Origin: an uncultured Pseudomonas sp.
Lineage (GTDB): Bacteria; Pseudomonadota; Gammaproteobacteria; Pseudomonadales; Pseudomonadaceae
Reading direction: 5' to 3'
Length of the DNA stretch: 64,000 nt
NCBI GenBank assembly: GCA_966186235.1
Contig: CBIFVM010000020.1
Coordinates: forward strand, 14,503 to 78,502
The notes under the pieces are model-generated. The model saw nothing but the letters and a program-made list of their open reading frames with translations. It searched no databases and had not been told where the DNA came from. The translations under genes and the position numbers were made by a program. Shown piece by piece: positions 8,401 to 16,130 of the stretch. How positions within the stretch are numbered: the stretch's first letter is position 1; each line of letters opens with the position of its first letter.

Positions 8401-9905
8401 ATGATGGCGAGCGGAAAAGTAGGCCCCCTGGTGGTTTCGTTGCCGCTCGGTGTACCGCAGCCGGTGAGAGCCTGCAGCGCTGGCTGTATGGCACGTTGCG
8501 CGAGGCGATCCTCAGCAGTCGCCTGCCATCGGGTAGCCAACTGCCCAGTACCCGCGCACTGGCCGAGCACTACGGTATGGCCAGGGGGACCGTGCAGGCG
8601 GCCTATCAGCAACTGCAATCCGAAGGTTATCTAGATACCGGGAGCGGCTATGGCACGCGGGTTTGCACGGTGCTGCCGGATGCCACGCTCAACGCCGGCA
8701 ATGGCCGGCGGGCGGTCCGGGCGCCCGTCGAGCAGCCGCGGGCCGCGCCGGACACCGAATGGTCGCAGCGCTTGCAGGCGGAAAAACCGGTGTTCATGAG
8801 TGGCGCTGCCCAGCGCGGCTTGCGGCCGTTCTTCCCGCATCGGGGTGATGTGCTGGCGTTTCCCATCGACCTGTGGCGCAAGCTGCACACCGCCCATCTG
8901 CGTTCTTCGCGCCTGCTGGACATGCTCGATGCCGACCCCTCCGGCCTGCCCGCGCTGCGCAGTGCCATCGCCCAGTACCTGGCGATTGCCCGGGGCGTGC
9001 AGGTCGGTGCCGAGCGGATCGTGATCCTCGGCAGCGTGCAGCAGGCGCTGGATCTCACCTTGCGCCTGCTGGTGGCGCCGGGTGAACGGGTGTGGATGGA
9101 AGACCCCGGCTACCCCGGCGCCCGGCAACTGATGAAGGCGAGCGGCGTGGCAGTGGTCGATGTGCCGGTCGACCGCGAAGGCCTGCAGGTCGACACGGCC
9201 CTGGGCCTGGCGCCGGATGCTCGGCTGGCCTACGTCACGCCCTCGCACCAGGCGCCGCTGGGCGGCGAACTGTCGCCAGCGCGGCGTCTGGCGTTGCTGC
9301 GCTGGGCCGACGAGCAGGGCAGCTACATCTTCGAGGACGATTACGACAGCGAGTACCGTTTCGTCGCCAAGCCCATTCCGGCGCTGCGCAGCATGGCCGG
9401 GGCCGATGCGTCGGTGATTCTCGCCAGCACCTTCAGCAAGCTGCTGTTTCCGTCCCTGCGCATGGCCTATGTGGTGCTGCCGCCGCAGTTGGTCGACGGC
9501 TTCACGCGCCTGGTGTCGTTGACCGCGCGACATGCCAACAGCCTGGCTCAGGCGGTACTGGCGGATTTCATCGACCAGGGCCACTTCGATCGCCACCTGC
9601 GGCGCATGCGCAAGCTCTACGCCGCGCGGGCCGAGGCATTTTCAGAGGCCGCCGAGCGGCATTGGCAAGGGTTGATCGAGGTCCCGCCGATTCGCGCCGG
9701 CCTGGATGTGGTGTGCCGGCTTCACGGCATGGAGGAGGGTGATGCCCAGGCGCGCCTGGCCGAGGCGGGCATCGACGTGATGCCCCTGCAGCGCTATTGC
9801 GTGCAGCCCCAGGCGCCAGGGCTGGTGATGGGTTTCGCGGCGTACGACGAAGCGGCCATCGATGTGGCCGCCAGGGACGTGGCGCGGCTGCTTCGGCGCC
9901 CCTGA
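8401..9905 (+). pseudogene. MocR/GabR-family regulator (wHTH + PLP aminotransferase-like domain) with an apparent -1 frameshift near the 5' end
   Basis: ATG at 8401 with SD GAGG; adding one G at 8462-8464 joins MMASGKVGPLVVSLPLGVPQ to (P)GESLQRWLYGTLREAIL..LPSTRALA; later motifs YVTPSHQAPLG, FEDDYDSEY, TFSKLLFPSLR. Confidence 0.85.
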
Positions 9906-9912
9906 GCGCTGC

Positions 9913-10146
9913 TCAACTGGCGACGATGATCACGGTGATGCAGATCATCGCCACCACGCCAAACACCATGCGGGCGATCCAGGGGGCGGTGAGCCAGGCG
10001 GTGGTCGCGCCGGCCACCTGGCCGACGTTCTTCTCGGTGAGCCAGCGATTGCCGGGCTGCGCTTGCATCGGATTGCCGCACTGTGGGCAGGCATGAGCCT
10101 TGTCGGAGATGCGGTGTTGGCATTCGGGGCAGTCGATAAGGCTCAT
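9913..10146 (-). CDS. Small zinc-ribbon membrane protein
   Basis: CPEC-x10-CPQC plus C-terminal hydrophobic helix; SD GAGG; 77 aa. Confidence 0.75.
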   Translation of the reverse strand: MSLIDCPECQHRISDKAHACPQCGNPMQAQPGNRWLTEKNVGQVAGATTAWLTAPWIARMVFGVVAMICITVIIVAS

Positions 10147-10296
10147 CTCGGTCGTCCTCTGATCGGTGGCGATAGCTGGAGGTGAGACTGGGCGCCGCTA
10201 ACCGAGTTCCGTGCCAGGCCAGAGCTGACGCGGGCTGCGGGAATTTTTACTGGAATTGAGAAAGCGCTCGCACCGTGCGGCGAGCGCTCTGCGGCG

Positions 10297-10641
10297 TCAC
10301 TTGCGGCGCCACTGCCCTTGCTGCTGGATGTATTGGCCGGCCGGGGTCTTGTCGATGGCCTTCTGGCCAGCGATGGTTTCCACGTCGCTGAGCTGGATGC
10401 CGTTCTGCTGGGCAAGCTTCTGGTATTCGGCCCGGCGCGCAGCGTTGATCAGCTTGGCGATCTCGTCGGCCTGGCCGGCGGATTTGACCACGCCGAGGTA
10501 GCCGTTGGGCATTTCGCCGAGCTGGCCGCTGGCCTTGGCGTCACCCAGGGCGGACATCGCCTCGTTGAGGCTGATGGCGTGGGCAGGCAGGCTCAGGCTG
10601 AACAGCAGCAACAGGCCGGCGAAAGGTTTGATCAGGTTCAT
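10297..10641 (-). CDS. ydbL: YdbL/DUF1318 family periplasmic protein
   Basis: Signal peptide, AKASGQLGE..NGYLG, INAARRAEYQKLA; third gene of the ydbH-ynbE-ydbL arrangement. Confidence 0.85.
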   Translation of the reverse strand: MNLIKPFAGLLLLFSLSLPAHAISLNEAMSALGDAKASGQLGEMPNGYLGVVKSAGQADEIAKLINAARRAEYQKLAQQNGIQLSDVETIAGQKAIDKTPAGQYIQQQGQWRRK

Positions 10642-10651
10642 GCGTGGCTCC

Positions 10652-10843
10652 TTAGAACAGTCCGCTGGATTCACTGAACATGCTGTCCAGCGCCTTATCC
10701 ACCTTGATATAGATCTCGTGCTCGATCTTCACATTCAGGTTGATGTTGATCGGCTCGTTGGGCATCGCCAGTTGTACCGTCGGGGTACAGGCTGTGGTCA
10801 GCAGCCCCAGCAGCAGGGCGGTGATGCAACTACGCAAGCGCAT
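10652..10843 (-). CDS. ynbE: YnbE-family lipoprotein
   Basis: Lipobox LTTAC followed by TPTVQLAMPNEPININLNVKIEHEIYIKVD. Confidence 0.88.
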   Translation of the reverse strand: MRLRSCITALLLGLLTTACTPTVQLAMPNEPININLNVKIEHEIYIKVDKALDSMFSESSGLF

Positions 10844-10857
10844 GGCGCTTCTCCTCG

Positions 10858-13458
10858 TCAAGGCTCCTTGGGGGCGGTATTGCGCTGCAGCATTCGCTGC
10901 TGCACGCGCCGTGTGATGATGTCGTTGACCCGGCCGGTCAGCTGCAGGCTGGCGAGCAGGGTAGGGATGTCTTCCTCCAGGTTGATGTTGAAGTGAATCG
11001 GGCGGCCGTTCTCGATGGCCGGGTTCTGGCCTTCCAGACGCATGCCCAGGGTCAGTATGCCGTGCTGATCATAGTCGACCGAGCTGTTCAGGGTGGTGAA
11101 CCTGAAGTCCTCCAGGGACTGCGTCACCAACTGCATCGCCGGGTTGCTGCGGCCCAGGGCCTTGATCTTTTCGGAGCTGAACTTCAGGTAGCCGCCGGGC
11201 TGGCGGGCGGCGACGTGGCCGTCGTCTATCTCGATACCGTTCGGGCCCAGGCGCACTGGCAGGTCACCGTCCAGGGTGCCGCTGCCGCCCAGGCCTTCGG
11301 CGGGGTAGAGGGCGAACAGCTGCTGGAGTTCCAAGCCGCGAATCCGGATGGGAAACGATTGATTGGTTGCGCCCAGGTTCCATTGCCCCGGTGTCAGGGT
11401 GACCTCACCACCCATCAGCGCGGTGCGGGCCAGGTTCACCTCCAGCTGGCCCTGGTCGGCAGTGGCCAGCGGCGCGCTGTAACGCACGCGTGCTTCGGCA
11501 GGGCCGATGGGCAGGCCGGGGTTGGCCTGCTGCAGCTTCAGTTCGGGGATGTACAGCTCGAAACGCTGGTGCGCCAGCTTGAACTGCGCGCGTGCGTCCA
11601 GGCCGCTGAGTTCGGAGCGGTCGTAGATGCCGCCGAGGCCCTTGCCGGTCAGGTTCAGGTCGAGGGTCGGCGCGCTGCTGCCGGCGGCCAGCGTCAGGTT
11701 GGCATCGGCATTCAGGCGGCCGCTGTCGAGGTCGAGCAATTCGGGCCACTGCACCAGGGTCTTGGCCAGCGGGTTGCCGGAGCGCAGGAACAACTCGCCC
11801 AGGGTGGCCTCGAGCTGCAGGTCGTGTTTCGCGTCGAGGCTGGCAGTGAGGTCGAGTTGCAGTTCGCTGTCGTTGCTTAGTTTGCCCTGCAGGGTGCCGG
11901 CCCCGTCGGCGACGGCCAGCTGGCCTTGCAATCGCCAGCCCTGGGGTTTGAGGTTGGCCTGCTGCAGGCGCGTGGTGCTCAGGTTCAACGGGCCGTTGAA
12001 TTGCCAGCCTTGCAGGGCGCCGTCCTGCAGCGCCAGCTTCAACGTGCTGCCGCCCACCCCGGCCTGCAGTTTCTGCGCGCTCAGCACGGCGCCTTTCAGG
12101 CTGGCAGCCTGCAGTTGCGAACCCTGGCCAAGGTTCAGTTCGATTGCGCCGTCGTCGGCGTAGCCCGCCAGGTTCAGCGCGCTGCTCAGCTCGGTGGCTT
12201 GCCAGCCGGCCTGGTTCGCCCTGGCAGTGCGGGTGGTCAGGCGCGTATCGGCGAATTGCACCGCCCAGGGCGCCGAGCTGGCGACGGCCAGGCGGCCCTG
12301 CAAATCCAGGCGAGTGGTTCCGCTTAGCGCAGCGGTCAATTTCAAGGGCAGGCTGCGCTCGGCCAGTTCCGGGCGTAAGTCGGCCAGTGGCGTATCCGCC
12401 TGTACCTGCAGGTGCAGGGAGTCGCTGCGCAGCTCCGGCGGCAGCTTCGCCAGCCAGTCGGGATTGGGTTCGCTGAACTGCAGATCGGCCTCGATGCGCC
12501 TGGCGATCCACTGCGAGCCTTCATTATGAGCCGCCAGGGCCAGTTGCCCCTGTAGCAGGCCGATGCCGGGCACCGGCCACGGCTGCGGCAGGTTGCCGTG
12601 CACATCGAACTGGCCGGTCGCGGCCAGCAGGTTGTTCAAATCCGGCTGGCGGCGCGGCAGGTCGAGTTGCCAGGTGCCGGCGAGGCTTGCCTCGCCCGGT
12701 GCCGCCGGCCACTGCTTGCCGGCGGGCAGTGCCCAGGCGCCCAGCAGGTTCTGCAGGGTGACGGCTTGGGTAAGCTCGGTGGCGTCGAGCTGGCCGGTCC
12801 AGATCAGGCCGTCGCCGCGCTCCTGCAGGTGGCTGGTCAGGGTCGCCTGGGGCTGTCGATCCACCGCCAGGGTTACCTGCAGGTCGAGGGCGTCAATGCC
12901 TGGTTCGAGGTCGAGCGCGACGCTCACCACCTGCTCCTGCTGAGCGAGGTTCACGCTCAGGGCGATACGTTCATCGTCACTGCGCTGCAGGTCCAGGCTG
13001 CCACTGGCGCTGCACTGCCCGCGAGCGCAGGGCAGGGCGGCCTCGAGGTGAGCGATCGACAGACTGCGTGGCAGCAGGGCCAGCGGTGCGGCCAGGCGCT
13101 GCAGGTCGAGGTCGGGCGGTGGCGCGGCGTCCGGGGCATCTTCTTCGACCGGTCGCCAATCCAGCAACAGGCGGTCAATCGCGACGTGCCGCCACACCGG
13201 TAGGCTGAAGCCGAAGTCACGCCAGGCCAGGTGCAGATCATTACCGTGCAGTTCGAGCGTGCCGGCGCTGCTGCGCTGGCGCAGCGCCAGGCTGTCGATG
13301 CGCAGGCCGCCGTCCGAAAGCGAGGTGCCGTGCCAGTCGAGGATTTCGATGCCACTGCGTTGCAGCAGGTAGCGACCGCCCAGATAAGCGGCGGCCACCA
13401 GCACCAGCAGCAGGGCGAGTGTGACGGACAGTCGCAGCCAGATGCGGCGGCTGAGCAT
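10858..13458 (-). CDS. ydbH: YdbH (AsmA-like) intermembrane protein
   Basis: N-terminal TM anchor, long beta-rich body, C-terminal ...GRPIHFNINLEEDIPTLLASL; 866 aa upstream of ynbE. Confidence 0.85.
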   Translation of the reverse strand: MLSRRIWLRLSVTLALLLVLVAAAYLGGRYLLQRSGIEILDWHGTSLSDGGLRIDSLALRQRSSAGTLELHGNDLHLAWRDFGFSLPVWRHVAIDRLLLDWRPVEEDAPDAAPPPDLDLQRLAAPLALLPRSLSIAHLEAALPCARGQCSASGSLDLQRSDDERIALSVNLAQQEQVVSVALDLEPGIDALDLQVTLAVDRQPQATLTSHLQERGDGLIWTGQLDATELTQAVTLQNLLGAWALPAGKQWPAAPGEASLAGTWQLDLPRRQPDLNNLLAATGQFDVHGNLPQPWPVPGIGLLQGQLALAAHNEGSQWIARRIEADLQFSEPNPDWLAKLPPELRSDSLHLQVQADTPLADLRPELAERSLPLKLTAALSGTTRLDLQGRLAVASSAPWAVQFADTRLTTRTARANQAGWQATELSSALNLAGYADDGAIELNLGQGSQLQAASLKGAVLSAQKLQAGVGGSTLKLALQDGALQGWQFNGPLNLSTTRLQQANLKPQGWRLQGQLAVADGAGTLQGKLSNDSELQLDLTASLDAKHDLQLEATLGELFLRSGNPLAKTLVQWPELLDLDSGRLNADANLTLAAGSSAPTLDLNLTGKGLGGIYDRSELSGLDARAQFKLAHQRFELYIPELKLQQANPGLPIGPAEARVRYSAPLATADQGQLEVNLARTALMGGEVTLTPGQWNLGATNQSFPIRIRGLELQQLFALYPAEGLGGSGTLDGDLPVRLGPNGIEIDDGHVAARQPGGYLKFSSEKIKALGRSNPAMQLVTQSLEDFRFTTLNSSVDYDQHGILTLGMRLEGQNPAIENGRPIHFNINLEEDIPTLLASLQLTGRVNDIITRRVQQRMLQRNTAPKEP

Positions 13459-13677
13459 GGGCGTGGATCCAAGAACGGAGGAATCGGCGACGGTAACCCG
13501 AACCGGTATGGCCTGCCAAACCGGACGCGCCTGAATGGTGCTTTATACTTTTATGGCGTGCGCGTGACAGGAGCATCATTGGTGCATGGGCTGCATGCCC
13601 CGCCCGTCGTGGCGTGCCGAGATGTCAAGGCTGATTTCGCCCCGCAAAAGGGCATTTCAGAGGTCTCGCCGGCGGAC

Positions 13678-13937
13678 TTGTGCACAATAGCGAGGCAGCT
13701 TGTCAAGCCGCATATTGCCACTTGTCAAAAACCGAGCGATAGCGTAGGCGTAAATATAAGTTTATGAAAAATATAGGCTTTTTTGATGTGGTGAAAAAAT
13801 GAACAGTTTGAGCGGGAGGCCCATTCCATCAGTGTTAGGGGGTATTTCGCCCACCATACCCACAAAGTTATCCACAGCTTCTGTGGATTGTCATCTGCAG
13901 CCGCTCTGGGGCGGGCCGGGGCTTTACCTGTGAATAA
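13678..13937. promoter_or_regulatory. Cluster of DnaA boxes with an IHF-like site
   Basis: TTATCCACA 13868-13876 (9/9), TGTGAATAA 13929-13937 (9/9 reverse), TGTGGATTG 13882-13890 (7/9 reverse), ATACCCACA 13856-13864 (7/9), TTGTGCACA 13678-13686 (8/9); IHF-like TAAGTTTATGAAA 13757-13769 in an AT-rich tract. Confidence 0.65.
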
Positions 13938-13983
13938 AAAAGAGTAGAGTGGCGCGCCTGTTCCAGAGCCCCGCTTTAGCCTT

Positions 13984-14390
13984 ATGCCCCGCGTTTTACC
14001 CCGCAGTGAACTCCATACGCTTCCCGTCCATACCCAGGTTCCCGTCCGCGTCGCCGCCTGGCTGCTGGACAGCCCGCGCCTTGGCCATGCACCCAGCGTG
14101 AAACGCATCGCCGGCCGTCTGCTCAAGCAGCCTGCGCGCCGCGGTGTGGTGCAGGCGCAAAGTCGGCTGGGCCAGATGCTCTGCCGCGAATGCGGCAATA
14201 CCCGTGACCGGCGCATCGGCCTGGAGCTGCTACGCCAGGCCGCGCGAGCTGGCGATAGCCATGCGCAGCTGGAGCTGGGGCGTCTGTATTGCCAGCCGCG
14301 CACCCTCGAGCCAGAGCAGGCCGGCATTGGCTGGAGCTGGCGGCGCTGCAAGGGCACGACGAGGCCCGGGATCTGTTGCGGCTTCTCTAG
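13984..14390 (+). pseudogene. Sel1-like repeat protein with an apparent -1 frameshift near the 3' end
   Basis: AQSRLGQML, AARAGDSHAQLELGRLY; adding one C at 14321-14322 restores ARHWLELAALQGHDEARDLLRLL and TAG at 14388-14390. Confidence 0.8.
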
Positions 14391-14462
14391 AGGTGCCCTG
14401 TTGTAGCCGCTGCCGCGCGGCCCGCGCGGTTATACTGCCGGCAGTCTTGCCTGGATGCCTTT

Positions 14463-15950
14463 ATGCCTTTCGATCTCCTGACCCTGTTGCCGGCCTTTCT
14501 GGTCGGCGCACTGCTGGCTGCCGTTCCTTTATGGCTGCGCATGGCTGCCGCCCTGCGACAGGCCGAGGACATGCGTCTGCAATCAGGGCTGGCCCAGGAG
14601 CGCATGAATGCGGCGCAGCTGGCCCAGGCCGGCCTCAGTGCGCAGCTGGACAACTGCCGCGACGAGCTTGCCGAGATCCTCGAAATCAAGGCTGATCAGC
14701 AGGCCGAACTGGCCGCCCTGCGCCGCGAAACCCACTTGCTGCAGAACGACCTGCAGCTGGCCCGCGAGCAGCTCGAGGGCGCGCAGGCCCTGCGCGAGCG
14801 CCAGGAGGCCGAGCTGCGTCGCCTGGACAGCGAGCGGGCCGGGCTGGCCGCCGAACTGCACGAACAGCAGGAGAGCCACCAGCAGCGTCTGGAGGATCTG
14901 CAAGGCGCCCGTGATGCCTTGCGTGCGCAGTTCGCCGAACTGGCCGGCAAGATCTTCGATGAGCGCGAACAGCGTTTCTCGGAAACCAGCCAGCAGCGCC
15001 TGGGGCAGCTACTCGATCCGCTCAAGGAGCGCATCCAGGCCTTCGAGAAGCGCGTCGAGGAAAGCTACCAGCAGGAGGCGCGCGAGCGCTTTTCTCTGGG
15101 CAAGGAGCTGGAGCGTCTGCAGGGGCTCAATCAGCGCCTGAGCGAGGAGGCGATGAACCTCACCCAGGCGCTCAAGGGCCAGAAGACCCAGGGCAACTGG
15201 GGTGAGCTGGTGCTCGAACGCATACTCGAACATGCCGGCCTGCAGAAGGGCCGCGAGTACCACACCCAGGTCAGCCTGAAGAGTGCCGAGGGCGAGCGTT
15301 TCCAGCCGGACGTGTTGATCCAGCTGCCGGGCGACAAGCAGGTGGTGGTCGATGCCAAGGTCAGCCTCACCGCCTATCAGCAGTACGTGTCGGCCAGCGA
15401 GGAAGCGGTGCGGCAGGTGGCATTGAAACAGCACGTGCTATCGCTGCGCAGCCACCTCAAGGGCCTGTCGCTCAAGGATTACCAGCACCTCGACGGGCTG
15501 CACAGCCTGGATTTCGTGCTGCTTTTCGTGCCGATCGAGGCCGCATTCGCAGCGGCTTTGCAGGCTGATCCGGGGCTGTTCCAGGAAGCCTTCGACCAGC
15601 ACATCGTGATCGTCAGCCCGACCACGCTGCTGGCGACCCTGCGGGTGATCGACAGCCTGTGGCGCCAGGAACGGCAGAGCCAGAACGCTCGGGAAATCGC
15701 CGAGCGGGCAGGGGCGCTGTACGACAAGTTCGTGGCCTTCATTCAGGATCTGGACGAAGTCGGCATGCGCCTGCAGCAGCTCGACAAGGCCTATTCCGGC
15801 GCGCGCAACAAGCTGGTCGACGGCCGTGGCAACCTCATCAGCCGCGCTGAAAACCTCAAGCTGCTCGGCGCCCGGGCCAGCAAGAGCCTGCCCCCCGAGC
15901 TACTCGAACGTGCAGCCGGGCTGCCGCTGGATGAGCCGCTGGACGACTGA
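14463..15950 (+). CDS. rmuC: DNA recombination protein RmuC
   Basis: N-terminal TM, coiled coil, KTQGNWGELVLERILE, QPDVLIQLPGDKQVVVDAKVSL, FVLLFVPIE. Confidence 0.95.
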   Translation: MPFDLLTLLPAFLVGALLAAVPLWLRMAAALRQAEDMRLQSGLAQERMNAAQLAQAGLSAQLDNCRDELAEILEIKADQQAELAALRRETHLLQNDLQLAREQLEGAQALRERQEAELRRLDSERAGLAAELHEQQESHQQRLEDLQGARDALRAQFAELAGKIFDEREQRFSETSQQRLGQLLDPLKERIQAFEKRVEESYQQEARERFSLGKELERLQGLNQRLSEEAMNLTQALKGQKTQGNWGELVLERILEHAGLQKGREYHTQVSLKSAEGERFQPDVLIQLPGDKQVVVDAKVSLTAYQQYVSASEEAVRQVALKQHVLSLRSHLKGLSLKDYQHLDGLHSLDFVLLFVPIEAAFAAALQADPGLFQEAFDQHIVIVSPTTLLATLRVIDSLWRQERQSQNAREIAERAGALYDKFVAFIQDLDEVGMRLQQLDKAYSGARNKLVDGRGNLISRAENLKLLGARASKSLPPELLERAAGLPLDEPLDD

Positions 15951-16130
15951 TCCCTCCCTTCCGCATTCGCGCGGTGCCGTGACGCCAGGGCTGGACGCAG
16001 CCCAAATCTCGTCTATCTTGTCGGTTGTCATACTTCTTGTGGGTATGGTGATTGCGCTGTTCGCCGTATGGCGTATTGCCTCGGTATCTTCAGATTATTC
16101 AATGGATTGGCCATAACAAGGATAACAATC

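Noticed and set aside
8640-8660. TGGCAC...TTGC resembling a sigma54 site
   Set aside because: GG-to-GC spacing is off by one and it lies inside a CDS.
13741-13937. oriC or plasmid origin
   Set aside because: No dnaA/gidA/par/rep genes or clear 13-mer DUE repeats; kept only as a DARS/datA-like hypothesis.
15978-16116. Small ORF with a TM-like stretch (ILSVVILLVGMVIALFAVW) before pehX
   Set aside because: No SD and AT-rich codons; the hydrophobicity is explained by T-rich promoter sequence, which also holds the operator-like 10-mer. Ribo-seq could overturn this.
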